Assembly (NCBI GenBank): GCA_048320885.1
Contig: JBLWFJ010000001.1
Coordinates: forward strand, 1,477,642-1,541,641
Length of the DNA stretch: 64,000 nucleotides
Direction: 5' to 3'
DNA from: Nannocystaceae bacterium ST9
GTDB lineage: Bacteria; Myxococcota_A; Polyangia; Nannocystales; Nannocystaceae
Under the pieces are notes generated by a model, which saw only the letters and a list, made by a program, of their open reading frames with translations, was not told where the DNA came from and made no database searches. Numbering within the stretch: position 1 is the stretch's first letter; every line of letters starts with the position of its first letter. Made by a program: the position numbers and the translations under genes. Positions 36,511 to 48,430 of this stretch are shown here, piece by piece.

Positions 36511-36882
36511 ATGCTCGAAATCATGAAAAAAATCGTCGAGAGCGCGCCGGGCTCGAAGGGCGTGATCCTGATGGGCTTCGACGGAATCGCCGTCGAGCAG
36601 TACGTCCGGCCCGAGTTCGCGGACGCGATGGACATCGAGTCCATGGCGATGGAGTTCTCGTTTCGCTTCCTCGAGCTGCGCGACGCCGCCGGCAGCCTCG
36701 CGATGGGAGCGATCACCGACATCACGCTCAAGGCTCAATACGGGACCGTCGTCGTGCGCGTGCTGTCGAACGAGTACTTCGTGGCGATGGTGCTCGGCGA
36801 CGCCAGCAACATGGGCAAGAGCCGCTGGCTGCTGCGGAGCAACGCCCAGGCGATCTCGGCCGACCTGTTCACGGTCGGCTGA
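36511..36882 (+). CDS. Roadblock/LC7-domain protein (MglB-like)
   Basis: ~120-aa protein with the Roadblock fold pattern (GVILMGFDGIAVEQY...YFVAMVLGD). Confidence 0.65.
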   Translation: MLEIMKKIVESAPGSKGVILMGFDGIAVEQYVRPEFADAMDIESMAMEFSFRFLELRDAAGSLAMGAITDITLKAQYGTVVVRVLSNEYFVAMVLGDASNMGKSRWLLRSNAQAISADLFTVG

Positions 36883-36883
36883 C

Positions 36884-36975
36884 CTTCACGGCCCACCGGG
36901 CCTGATCTTCACGGCCCACCGGGCCTGATCTTCACGGCCCACCGGGCCTGATCTTCACGGCCCACGACGCCTGAG
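36884..36975. repeat. 23-bp tandem repeat x4 (cttcacggcccaccgggcctgat)
   Basis: Three perfect copies plus a degenerate fourth, lying between the Roadblock gene stop and the aroQ start. Confidence 0.85.
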
Positions 36976-36990
36976 TTATCGTCCCCTCCG

Positions 36991-37530
36991 ATGCCCGAGC
37001 GCCCCCGCGTGCTGGTCCTGCACGGGCCCAACCTCGGCGCCCTCGGTACGCGCGAGCCCGAGGTCTATGGACGCGAGACGCTGGCCGACATCGACGCGAG
37101 CCTGATCGCGCTCGCTGCTTCGCTCGGTCTGGAAGTCGAGACCGCGCAGTTCAACGGCGAGGGCCAACTGATCGACCGCATCCACGAGTTCGCGGCTCCT
37201 GCGATCGCCCGTGCGCATGCCCAACGCACGATTGGCTCGGGAAGTGTGGATCCTCCGGCATCTCCCTCGGGCCCGCGCGGGCTCGTCCTCAACCCCGGCG
37301 GCTACACGCACACCTCCGTGGCCCTGCGAGATGCGATCGCGGCGGTCGAGTTGCCGACGATCGAGGTTCATCTGTCCAACCTTTACGCGCGCGAAGGCTT
37401 TCGGCACACATCGATCACCGGCGGCGCCTGCCGAGGCGTCATCATGGGCCTCGGCAGCGAGTCCTACCGACTCGCCCTCCACGCGCTCGCCACTTCCTTT
37501 CGGGTCCACGCGACCGTCCACGCGACCTGA
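36991..37530 (+). CDS. aroQ: type II 3-dehydroquinate dehydratase
   Basis: N-terminal VLVLHGPNLGALGTREPEVYG, HLSN, GACRGV. Contains a ~25-aa insertion relative to typical AroQ. Confidence 0.8.
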   Translation: MPERPRVLVLHGPNLGALGTREPEVYGRETLADIDASLIALAASLGLEVETAQFNGEGQLIDRIHEFAAPAIARAHAQRTIGSGSVDPPASPSGPRGLVLNPGGYTHTSVALRDAIAAVELPTIEVHLSNLYAREGFRHTSITGGACRGVIMGLGSESYRLALHALATSFRVHATVHAT

Positions 37531-37560
37531 CACCTCACTCTCCGCCTGGAACTCCGCCCC

Positions 37561-38052
37561 ATGTCCGACTCCGATTCGAAATTGCCCGACATCGCCTACG
37601 TGAGCGAGCTGGCCAAGCTGTTCAAGCGCTTTCATCTCGACGAACTCGAGATCGAGACCGGCGAGCAGCGGATCTCGATGCGCCGCGGTGGTGAACCCGG
37701 CATGGGCACGACGATGGTCGCCCCCATGCAGGTCGCCCCCATGCAGGTCGCCGCGGCCCCGGCTGCGAGCGCCCTCGGCTCGACCTCGAACGCCCCGCCG
37801 GTCGAAGCCGAAGGCGACTACATCACCTCGCCCTTCGTGGGCACCTTCTACTCGCGGCCGCGACCCAACGAGCCCTCGTTCATCAACGTCGGCTCGACGG
37901 TCAGCGCCGGCCAGACGGTCTGCATCGTCGAGGCGATGAAGCTGTTCAACGAGATCGAGGCCGAGTTCGGCTGCGTGATCGAGGAGTTCCTCGTCCCCGA
38001 TCAGCAGCCGGTCGAGTTCGGAACCAAGCTGTTCAGGGTGCGCCGACTGTGA
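37561..38052 (+). CDS. accB: acetyl-CoA carboxylase biotin carboxyl carrier protein
   Basis: Ala/Pro linker and biotinyl domain (CIVEAMKLFNEIEAEFGCVIEE). Confidence 0.85.
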   Translation: MSDSDSKLPDIAYVSELAKLFKRFHLDELEIETGEQRISMRRGGEPGMGTTMVAPMQVAPMQVAAAPAASALGSTSNAPPVEAEGDYITSPFVGTFYSRPRPNEPSFINVGSTVSAGQTVCIVEAMKLFNEIEAEFGCVIEEFLVPDQQPVEFGTKLFRVRRL

Positions 38053-39422
38053 CCGACTTCAGCAAGGTCCTGATCGCCAACCGAGGAGAGATCGCCCTGC
38101 GGGTGATCCGAGCCTGTCGCGAGATGGGGCTCAAGACCGTCGCGGTCTACTCGACCGTCGACGAGCACGCGCTGCACGTGCGCTTCGCCGACGAGGCGGT
38201 GTGCATCGGGCCGGGCCCGGCCAAGCAGAGCTACCTCGTCATCCCCAACCTGATCGCCGCCGCCGAGATCACCGGCGCCGACGCGGTCCACCCCGGCTAC
38301 GGGTTCTTGTCCGAGCGGGCCGAGTTCGCCAACGCCGTGCAGAAGTGCGGCATGGTGTTCATCGGGCCCGACCCCGAGCACATGCGGGTGATGGGCGACA
38401 AGGTCAACGCCCGCGAGACCATGCAGAAGGCCGGCGTGCCGGTCTTGCCGGGCACGGGCGTGCTGCACTCCGGCGAGCAGGCGGTCGAGGCCGCCCGCGA
38501 GATCGGACTGCCGATCATCCTCAAGGCCGCGGCCGGCGGTGGTGGTCGCGGCATGAAGATCGTCTGGGACCTCGAGCAGATCCCGGCGACCTTGCAGACC
38601 GCCCAGGCCGAGGCGCTCGCGGCGTTCGGTTGCGGCGACATGTACCTCGAGCGCTACGTTCAGAGCCCGCGCCACATCGAGGTCCAGGTCGTCGCCGACA
38701 AGCACGGCGGCGTCATCGACCTGATGGAGCGCGAGTGCTCGGTTCAGCGCCGCCACCAGAAGGTCATCGAGGAGGCGCCCGCGGCCAACCTGCCCGACGA
38801 CGTCCGCAAGGAGATGCGCGAGGCCGCCGTGGCCGCGGCGCGAGCGATCTCGTACCACTCGCTCGGGACCATCGAGTTCCTGGTCGACGGAGATCGCTTC
38901 TACTTCATGGAGATGAACACGCGGGTGCAGGTCGAGCACTGCGTGACCGAGATGATCACCGGCGTCGACCTCGTGCAGGAGCAGATCCGCCTGGCCCGCG
39001 GGGGCAAGCTCGACCACCTCGATCGCAATTGGGTCGCACGGGGCCATTCGATCGAGTGTCGGCTGAACGCCGAAGATCCGGTGCACTTCGCGCCCTGCCC
39101 GGGTACCATCTCGGCGCTCCACTTCCCCGGCGGCCCCGGGGTTCGAATCGACAGCCACGTGTACCAGGGCTACACCGTCTCTCCCTACTACGACTCGATG
39201 CTCGGCAAGCTGGTCGTTCATGCCGCCACGCGCGAGCAGGCGATCATCCGCATGCGAGGGGCGCTCGAGGAGTGCGTGCTCGAGGGCATCTCGACCAACC
39301 TCGCCCTGCATCAGTGGATCTTCGAGCAGCCGCCCTTCGTGACCGGCCACTACGACACCCACTTCCTCGAGCGCAACCTCGATCCCGACGCCATCCGGGC
39401 CAAGCTCGCGCTCCATGCCTGA
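38049..39422 (+). CDS. accC: acetyl-CoA carboxylase biotin carboxylase subunit
   Basis: Full-length ATP-grasp biotin carboxylase (MVFIGPD..., EMNTRVQVEHCVTEMITGVDLV). Start overlaps the accB stop. Confidence 0.95.
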   Translation: MTDFSKVLIANRGEIALRVIRACREMGLKTVAVYSTVDEHALHVRFADEAVCIGPGPAKQSYLVIPNLIAAAEITGADAVHPGYGFLSERAEFANAVQKCGMVFIGPDPEHMRVMGDKVNARETMQKAGVPVLPGTGVLHSGEQAVEAAREIGLPIILKAAAGGGGRGMKIVWDLEQIPATLQTAQAEALAAFGCGDMYLERYVQSPRHIEVQVVADKHGGVIDLMERECSVQRRHQKVIEEAPAANLPDDVRKEMREAAVAAARAISYHSLGTIEFLVDGDRFYFMEMNTRVQVEHCVTEMITGVDLVQEQIRLARGGKLDHLDRNWVARGHSIECRLNAEDPVHFAPCPGTISALHFPGGPGVRIDSHVYQGYTVSPYYDSMLGKLVVHAATREQAIIRMRGALEECVLEGISTNLALHQWIFEQPPFVTGHYDTHFLERNLDPDAIRAKLALHA

Positions 39423-39439
39423 CCGAGAAGGATCCTGCT

Positions 39440-42400
39440 TTGGCGTTTCGGCGTGACAAGGCCTTGCAGGCCGCCCAGCGATTCGTGGCTCGCGGCGAGT
39501 TCGACAAGGCCGTCCGCGAGTACCAGTCGCTGGTCGAGAACGAGCCCAGCGATATCCAGAGCTGGCTGATGCTGGCCGACAGCCTGCACCGCGCGGGCGA
39601 GCTCGATCAGGCGGTCGAGCGCTGGGTTCACGCCGCCGAGCTGCACCTCCACGCCGGCGACGTCCCGGCCGCGCTCGGAGTGTTTCGGCAGATCCTCGAC
39701 CTCGCGCCCGAGCGCTACGACGTCCACCTCCGCACCGCGCAGGCCTTCGAACAACTGCGTCGCACGCCCGAGGCCGTCGCGCTCTACGAGCGGGTCGCGA
39801 GCGTGTACCTGCGCAGCGGCAACACCCGCGAGGCGCTGCAGCTCTACGAGCGGGTCGCCGATCTGGCCCCGCGCGACGTGCCCAAACGGCTGCGCCTGGC
39901 CGAGCTGTTCTCGCGCGAGAAGCGGGTCGACGAGGCCGTCCAGCACTTCGAACTCGGGGCCAGCGTGCTGTGGCAGACCGGCAAGCCGCAAGAGTACGTG
40001 CGGGTCGCCGAGCGCCTGCTCTACCACCGCCAGGTCGATCACGTCCTGCATCAGCTGGTCCGCGCCTACCTCGAGCTCGGCCAGCCCCGCCGCGCGCTGA
40101 TGAAGCTCAACGAGCTGCTCCAGCGGGCGTCGAGCGACCCCGAGGGCCTCGAGCTGCTGGCCGAGACCTTCGTGCGACTCGGCAAGGTCGACAAGGCGGT
40201 CAGCGTGGTCGTCGAGCTGGCCCGCACGCAGAAGGACGGCAGCCCCGAGGCCAAGCAGCGCGCGTTCGCGGTCGCGCGCAAGGCCGCGAGCTGGGCCCCG
40301 CAGAACAGCGAGATCATCCGCCTGCTCGCCGAGTTCCAGGCCGCCGGCTTCGTCACGGCCGCCGACGAGGACGAGATCGAGGAGTTCGACGAGGTCGACG
40401 CCGACGAGATCGAGGAGCTCGACGAGGTCGAGGACGACGACGACGAGATCGAGATCGAGGCCCCGCCCCCGAGCCGCGCGCCCGAACGCCCGAGTCGCGC
40501 GCCCGAACGCCCGACCCCGAGCGCCGCCGCGAGCCCGCCCGCTCGCCCGCGTCCGCCCGCCCGCGAGGGCGACGAGAAGGTCCAGCCCCGCCGCCACTCG
40601 CTGACCGAAGAGGTCATCTCCGAGGGCGCCCAGCGCAGCAGCAGCGACGACGGCGAGGTCGACTTCGACAAGCAGTTCGAAGAGGTCCGGGTGCTGATGA
40701 AGTACCACCTCTTCGAGCACGCGCTCGGCCACGTCGAGGCGATCCTCCGTCGCGCGCCTCGCCATCGGATCGCGCTCGAGCTGCACGCCGAGGTGCTCGG
40801 TGGCCTCGATCGCGTGAACCCGGCCGCCGACGTGCGCGCCCACCTGGCCGAGCTGCTGGCCGACAGCGACCCGCAAGCGGCCGCGCGCCAGGTCGAGCTG
40901 GCCCTGGCCCTGGTCCCCGATCACCCGATCGCCAAGTCGCTCGCCGCCCAGCTCGCCGAGATCTCCGGGGTCTCGATCGTCGAGGTCGAGCGCTCGCAGG
41001 CGCTGCCGAGCACCTCCGATCCGCTCGGCGACATCGACCTCGCCGACGACGTGCTCGGCTCGATCGAGGCCAGCGAGTCGCTGGTCCGCCGCGTCGATCC
41101 CGATCTCGTCGCCGGCTTCGCCGAGGTCACCCGCGACCCGCTCGGCGACCTCGGCCGGCTCGGCGACATCGACGAAGACCTGATGACCGAGGGCCTGACC
41201 GACGCGCGCGTGCGTCGGCAGTCGCTCGACGGCATCGACACGCCGCAGCTCGACGACGCCGACGGCATCGACATCCGCATGGCCGACCCCAACCTGCACG
41301 GCGAGCTCAATCGCCTGGCGGGCGACGACTCGGCCGACTTCGCGATCTCGGTCGATCAGGACCATCACGAGGCCACCCAGGACGAGATCGGCTTCGAGGA
41401 TCGCTTCGGGCTCGACGACGACGACGACGCGCCGAGCATGAACGAGGTCCCGGCGGAGGAGAGCTTCTCCGAGCCGGAACCAGAGCCGGAACCAGAGCCC
41501 GAGCCGGAACCAGAGCCCGAGCCGGAACCAGAGCCCGAGCCCGAGCCCGCGACGCTCGACTACGAGGCGGCCGACGAGCCCGAGGCCCCCGCCGCGGAGG
41601 CGCTGCACTTCGCCGATCTCACGGCCGAGCTCGACGAGCTCGAGTTCTTCGTCGCGCAGGATCTCGAAGAGGACGCGCTCGCGGCCTTCGAGGACCTCGT
41701 CCGCAAGCACCCGGGCCACCCCGAGCTCGCGAAGATCGCCCATCGCTTCCCCAACGCCACCGGCGTCGAGGCGCTGATGGAGGCCCAACACGCCGCTGCG
41801 CCCGTCGAAGCGCCTGCGGCCGAGCCCGAGCCCGCCTTCACCCCGGTCGCGGACGACGACGAGGACGACGGCGAGCCCGCGTTCGAGCCGGCCGCCTTCA
41901 CCCCCGTCGAGGACGACGACGAGCCTGCCTACGAGCCCGAGTCCGAGCCGGTCTTCGACGACGAAGAGGTCGACGCCGCCGAGCCGCTCTTGGACCTCGA
42001 CGAAGCCGACGAGGACGACGACTTCCTCGCGGGCATCTTCGACGCCGAGCAGCCGGCCAAGCGCAAGCAGCGAGAGGTGGCGATCCAGACCCACGAGGTC
42101 GAGGGCGCCGACGCGGGCGACCACTTCGATCTCGGCACCGCCTACCGTGAAATGGGCCTGATCGACGACGCCCTGCGCGAGTACGCGACCGCCTCGAAGG
42201 ACCCGCGCTGGCAGGCCAAGGCGCTGGTCATGATGGCGGCGCTCTATGCCGGACGCGGGGAGTCCGAGGCCGCCGTCGAGCACCTCCAGCGAGCCGCCGG
42301 CGCAGCGCGGACCAAGGACGAGCGCTGCGAGTCGAACTACGAGCTGGCGATGAACCTGCTGGCGCTCGGCCGCGACGACGAAGCTCGCGCCGCGCTCGAG

Positions 42401-42454
42401 CTGGTCGACTCCGGCTTCCGCGATCGCGACGACAAGCTGCGTGAGATCGGTTAG
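39440..42454 (+). CDS. TPR-repeat protein with a long acidic low-complexity (EP)n / D/E-rich central region
   Basis: N-terminal and C-terminal TPR-like helices. Central (EPEPEPEPEPEP)n run and poly-D/E stretches. Start uncertain: a TTG at 39440 or a later ATG. Confidence 0.55.
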   Translation: MAFRRDKALQAAQRFVARGEFDKAVREYQSLVENEPSDIQSWLMLADSLHRAGELDQAVERWVHAAELHLHAGDVPAALGVFRQILDLAPERYDVHLRTAQAFEQLRRTPEAVALYERVASVYLRSGNTREALQLYERVADLAPRDVPKRLRLAELFSREKRVDEAVQHFELGASVLWQTGKPQEYVRVAERLLYHRQVDHVLHQLVRAYLELGQPRRALMKLNELLQRASSDPEGLELLAETFVRLGKVDKAVSVVVELARTQKDGSPEAKQRAFAVARKAASWAPQNSEIIRLLAEFQAAGFVTAADEDEIEEFDEVDADEIEELDEVEDDDDEIEIEAPPPSRAPERPSRAPERPTPSAAASPPARPRPPAREGDEKVQPRRHSLTEEVISEGAQRSSSDDGEVDFDKQFEEVRVLMKYHLFEHALGHVEAILRRAPRHRIALELHAEVLGGLDRVNPAADVRAHLAELLADSDPQAAARQVELALALVPDHPIAKSLAAQLAEISGVSIVEVERSQALPSTSDPLGDIDLADDVLGSIEASESLVRRVDPDLVAGFAEVTRDPLGDLGRLGDIDEDLMTEGLTDARVRRQSLDGIDTPQLDDADGIDIRMADPNLHGELNRLAGDDSADFAISVDQDHHEATQDEIGFEDRFGLDDDDDAPSMNEVPAEESFSEPEPEPEPEPEPEPEPEPEPEPEPEPATLDYEAADEPEAPAAEALHFADLTAELDELEFFVAQDLEEDALAAFEDLVRKHPGHPELAKIAHRFPNATGVEALMEAQHAAAPVEAPAAEPEPAFTPVADDDEDDGEPAFEPAAFTPVEDDDEPAYEPESEPVFDDEEVDAAEPLLDLDEADEDDDFLAGIFDAEQPAKRKQREVAIQTHEVEGADAGDHFDLGTAYREMGLIDDALREYATASKDPRWQAKALVMMAALYAGRGESEAAVEHLQRAAGAARTKDERCESNYELAMNLLALGRDDEARAALELVDSGFRDRDDKLREIG

Positions 42455-42499
42455 GCGCTCGTCATCGACAGCGCGGCCGGGATCGCGTTCGATGCTTCG

Positions 42500-43681
42500 G
42501 TGACCACTCCGCAGCGCGGACCTTCGACCCTCGCGGTGCACGGCGGCGAGCCGGCGGTGCGAGCGAGCCGCTCGATCACCGAGCCGCTCGTGCTGGCCAG
42601 CACCTACCCCTTCGGCGACACCGCCGAGCTGCGCGCGTACATGCAGGGCGAGCTCGAGCGGCCGCACGAGTACGGGCGCTACGGCAACCCGACCGTCGCG
42701 GCCGCCGAGGCCAAGCTCGCGGCGCTCGAGGGCGGCGACGGGGCGGTGCTGATGGCCTCGGGCATGGCGGCGATCACCACGACCTTGTTCGCGCTGCTCA
42801 AGGCCGGCGCACACGTGGTCCTGACCACCGACGTCTATCGCAAGACCCGGCTCTTCGCGCGCACGATGCTGGCCAAGTTCGGGGTCGAGGTCTCGATCGT
42901 CGAGCCCGAGCTCGACGCGATCGCGGCGGCGATCGGCGAGCGGACCAAGCTGGTGTTCACCGAGGCCCCGACCAACCCCTACCTGCGCGTCGTCGACCTC
43001 GCCCCACTGGTCGAGCTGTGTCGGGCCAAGCGGATCAAGACGGTCATCGACGCGACCTTCGCGACGCCGATCAACATGCAGCCGCTCGCGCTCGGGGTCG
43101 ACCTCGTCATCCACTCGACGACCAAGTACCTCGGCGGCCACAACGATCTGCTCGGTGGCGTGGTCGTCGGGCGCGGGCCGATCGTCGAGGCGATCCGCGA
43201 GCAGGTCGGCACGCTCGGGCCGGTCTGCGATCCCCACAACGCGTTCCTGCTGCTGCGCGGGCTCAAGACGCTCGCGCTGCGGATGCAGCGACACAACGAG
43301 AGCGCGCTCGCGTTGGCCAAGCTGCTCGCCGAGCACCCGAAGGTCGCCGAGGTCTGGTACCCGCTGCTCGAGACCCACGTCGATCATGCTCGCGCGCGCC
43401 GATACCTGCGCGGCGGCGGCGGGGTGATCAGCTTCGAGGTCCACGGCGGGCTCGCGGCCGGGACCCGGCTGATCGACGCGCTGGCGATCCCCAAGCTCGC
43501 GCCCAGCCTCGGCGGGGTGGAGAGCCTGATCGAACAGCCGGCGCTGATGAGCTTCTTCGACCTCGCGCCCGAGGACCGCGCGGCGATCGGCATCCGCGAG
43601 GGCCTGGTCCGGCTCAGCGTCGGGATCGAGGACCTCGAGGATCTCCGCGCGGACCTGCTCGCCGGGCTCGCCCAGGTCTGA
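42500..43681 (+). CDS. Cys/Met-metabolism PLP-dependent enzyme (cystathionine gamma-synthase / beta-lyase family)
   Basis: PLP-lysine region (HSTTKYLGGHNDLLGG) and overall trans-sulfuration-family architecture. Confidence 0.85.
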   Translation: MTTPQRGPSTLAVHGGEPAVRASRSITEPLVLASTYPFGDTAELRAYMQGELERPHEYGRYGNPTVAAAEAKLAALEGGDGAVLMASGMAAITTTLFALLKAGAHVVLTTDVYRKTRLFARTMLAKFGVEVSIVEPELDAIAAAIGERTKLVFTEAPTNPYLRVVDLAPLVELCRAKRIKTVIDATFATPINMQPLALGVDLVIHSTTKYLGGHNDLLGGVVVGRGPIVEAIREQVGTLGPVCDPHNAFLLLRGLKTLALRMQRHNESALALAKLLAEHPKVAEVWYPLLETHVDHARARRYLRGGGGVISFEVHGGLAAGTRLIDALAIPKLAPSLGGVESLIEQPALMSFFDLAPEDRAAIGIREGLVRLSVGIEDLEDLRADLLAGLAQV

Positions 43682-43799
43682 GCCCGCTCACGCGTCGCCC
43701 CAAACGCCCGCCAACGCGCGAACCAGGCCCGATCTCCAGCCCTGGAACCGCGCGCGTGGGTCTGTTATAGCCCGCTCCTTCCTTCCGCGACCGAAGACC

Positions 43800-45179
43800 A
43801 TGGAAAGCCAGATCGAGCAGATCACCCCCGTCGAGTGCCGCGTGCGCGTGACCATCCCCTGGACGGACGTCAGCCCGCGCCTCGATACCAAGCTCCGCGA
43901 GCTCAAGAAGACCGCGAGGATCCCCGGCTTCCGACAAGGCATGGTCCCGCCCAAGGTGATCGAGCGGATGTTCGGCAAGAGCGTGCGCGCCGAGCTGGCC
44001 CGCGATCTCGTGCAAGAGACCTTCGAGACCGCGGTCGTCAGCCACAAGACCAACCCGCTGACCCAGCCGGTGATCGAGTCGACCAAGCTCGAGCTCGGCG
44101 AGCCCTTCACCTACGAGGCTCGCTTCGAGGTCGCGCCCAAGCTCGAGCCCAAGGACTACCTGGGCGTGCCGGTCCGCCGGCGCCCGGCGATCGTCGATCA
44201 GAGCAAGGTCGACGCGCTCTTGCAGAAGAAGCGCGAGGACCTGACCGAGATCCGTCCGATCGAGCCCGGCTCGCGCGACAAGACCCAGCCCGGCGACGTG
44301 TGGACCGTCGACTTCGACGGCACGATCGGCAGCGAGCCGCTCTCGCGCAAGGACGTGCAGATCGAGATCGGCAAGGAGGGCGGCGACGTGGTCCCCGGCC
44401 TCGGCAACGCGCTGGCCGAGCTCGAGCTCGCGGCCGTCGGCCAGACTCGCCCGATCAGCTTCGTCCCCGCCGAAGATCGCGTGAAGCCGCAGTACCGCGG
44501 CCAAGAGGTCAAGCTCACCGTCGCTCTGCGCGAAATTCGCATGAAGGTCGTGCCCTCGCTCGACGACGACTTCGCCCGCGACACCGGCGAGGCCGAGACG
44601 CTCGCCGAGCTCGAGGCCAAGTACCGCGCCGAGGTCAGCCAAGAGGACGCCGACACGGCCGAACGCGAGGCCCGCCAGCGCTTGGTCGAGGCCCTGCTCG
44701 AGCGCAACCCCTTCGAGCCCGCGCCCTCGCTGGTCACTCGCGAAGCGCAGGCGCAGGTGCAGATGTTCAAGCAGCAGCTCTCGCGCCAGGGCATGACGCT
44801 CAAGCAGATCGGCATGACCGAGGCTCGGCTCTCGCAGAGCATGCGCGCCCAAGCGACCTTCAACGTGAAGGCGTTCCTCCTGCTCGAGGCGATCCGCGAG
44901 AAGGAGTCGATCGACGTGAGCGAGGAAGAGCTCGCGGCCGAGGTCGCCGAGATGGCCGAGGCGCAGGGCCAGAACCCCGCCCGCCTGCGCGCCACCATGG
45001 AGAAGAACAACCAGATCCTGGTGCTGCGCGCCCAGATGCGCGAGGATCGGGTGCTCGAGCACCTGATGAGCAAGGCCGAGCTCACCGAGGCTCCCGATCC
45101 CGAGCCCGAAGCTCCCGCGACCGAAGCTGCCTCCGAGGCGAGCGCGACCGAAGCGAGCGCGTCCGGCGAGTCGACCTGA
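43800..45179 (+). CDS. tig: trigger factor
   Basis: N-terminal ribosome-binding domain (GFRQGMVP), FKBP-like PPIase region, C-terminal arms. Immediately upstream of clpP-clpX. Confidence 0.9.
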   Translation: MESQIEQITPVECRVRVTIPWTDVSPRLDTKLRELKKTARIPGFRQGMVPPKVIERMFGKSVRAELARDLVQETFETAVVSHKTNPLTQPVIESTKLELGEPFTYEARFEVAPKLEPKDYLGVPVRRRPAIVDQSKVDALLQKKREDLTEIRPIEPGSRDKTQPGDVWTVDFDGTIGSEPLSRKDVQIEIGKEGGDVVPGLGNALAELELAAVGQTRPISFVPAEDRVKPQYRGQEVKLTVALREIRMKVVPSLDDDFARDTGEAETLAELEAKYRAEVSQEDADTAEREARQRLVEALLERNPFEPAPSLVTREAQAQVQMFKQQLSRQGMTLKQIGMTEARLSQSMRAQATFNVKAFLLLEAIREKESIDVSEEELAAEVAEMAEAQGQNPARLRATMEKNNQILVLRAQMREDRVLEHLMSKAELTEAPDPEPEAPATEAASEASATEASASGEST

Positions 45180-45460
45180 GCACTGATCGGGCGACCACTC
45201 GCGACGCCGAGTCGGCCAGCGCGTCGACTCGGTGTCTTCGCGATCGCGCGCAGGGTGTCGCTTCGTGCAGGGGTGGCCTGCCCGAACCGGGAGGTCGCTC
45301 GCGACCTTCGCGACGCTGCATGATCCCACTGCGTGCGACCACCCCCGAGCGGGTGGCCGGGCGCCCCAGACGGCGAGCTACGCCGCAGGCGCAGAGCCTC
45401 GTACCCTTGCAAGCCAGCCCTCTCGACGTCACCATACGAGAGGCTTCACAGAGCCCGAGA

Positions 45461-46120
<660 letters not shown>

Positions 46121-46127
46121 GAGAGTC

Positions 46128-47378
<1,251 letters not shown>

Positions 47379-47497
47379 GGGAGGACGCCCGGCGTCCTCC
47401 CGGCTCCGTAGACCGAGGGGTGTCGCGGGCCGCCTCCTTGCCGAGCAAAGAAAGAGGGCGCCACCGGGCGCCCTCTTTGTTTTGGTCGATCGCTCGA

Positions 47498-48349
47498 TCA
47501 GTTGACGCAGGAGATCATGCCGCCGTCGTAGGGGTTCTCCGTGTTCGCGCAGGCCGGATCGCCCGAGCAGCCGCAGAAGCCGTCGGCGGTGCACACGTCA
47601 CCGGCGTTGCCGTCGACGCACTGCTGATCGTCCCCGCAGCCGCACACGCCGGCGTTGCAGACCGAGAAGTGCGGCTCGCCGATCGTGGCGCAGTCGGCAT
47701 CGGTGCCGCAGCCACACACGCCGGTGTTGGTGTCGCAGATCGGATAGGCCGCGCTCGCACAGTCGGCGTCGGCCTGGCAGGGCGAGAAGCAGAAGCCCTC
47801 GTCGTTGCATTCGGCGCCCGCGTTGCCGCAGACGGTCACGGGGTTTCCGTCGATGTCGGGGACCTCGAGCTCCGACCAGCCAGGGATCGTTTCGCACATG
47901 AAGAAGTCGCTCGGCGGAGTGGCACAGGCACCGCCGCCCTCGACCGCCACGCAGACCTGCGCGAGCGCTTCGCACTCGCCACCGCCGGAGGTGCAGGACG
48001 TCGTCCAGCCGCTGAACAGCGCCACGCACTCTTCGTTGCCGGTGCAGCCCTCCGTGGTCTCACCGGTGCAGACGTTGGCTTGGCAGGTCAGGCCGATGTC
48101 CTGACCATCGACCAGGCAGTCCGCGTCGGCGCTGCACTGGTGAACACAAAAGCCACCGTCGCCATCGCCGTCACCAGTAGTGTCGGCCGTGGTGTCGGCC
48201 GTGGTATCGGCCGTCGAGGTCGCGTCGTCGGTGCCGACGTCGTCGTCGGTCGAGGTCGAGGTGGTGTCGGCGTTGCCGTCGTCACTCGGGCAAGCCGCGA
48301 GCGGCAAGATCAACGCGAACGCGAGAAGCAGGGGGGATTGGGTCTTCAT
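47498..48349 (-). CDS. Cys-rich secreted lipoprotein (myxobacterial Cys-rich repeat type)
   Basis: Lipobox LAAC, Thr/Asp-rich linker, multiple CxxxDxDC-type repeats. Confidence 0.5.
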   Translation of the reverse strand: MKTQSPLLLAFALILPLAACPSDDGNADTTSTSTDDDVGTDDATSTADTTADTTADTTGDGDGDGGFCVHQCSADADCLVDGQDIGLTCQANVCTGETTEGCTGNEECVALFSGWTTSCTSGGGECEALAQVCVAVEGGGACATPPSDFFMCETIPGWSELEVPDIDGNPVTVCGNAGAECNDEGFCFSPCQADADCASAAYPICDTNTGVCGCGTDADCATIGEPHFSVCNAGVCGCGDDQQCVDGNAGDVCTADGFCGCSGDPACANTENPYDGGMISCVN

Positions 48350-48430
48350 GCGCGGAGGCTAGTTCGAGCTCCGCGCGATCACGACCCTCCTGCGGGTCGG
48401 GGCCCGATCGCGTGGGTGGGGGCTCGTCGA

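Noticed and set aside
39350-43444. 1364-aa minus-strand ORF
   Set aside because: Antisense to accC, the TPR gene and the PLP enzyme. Low-complexity wrong-frame product.
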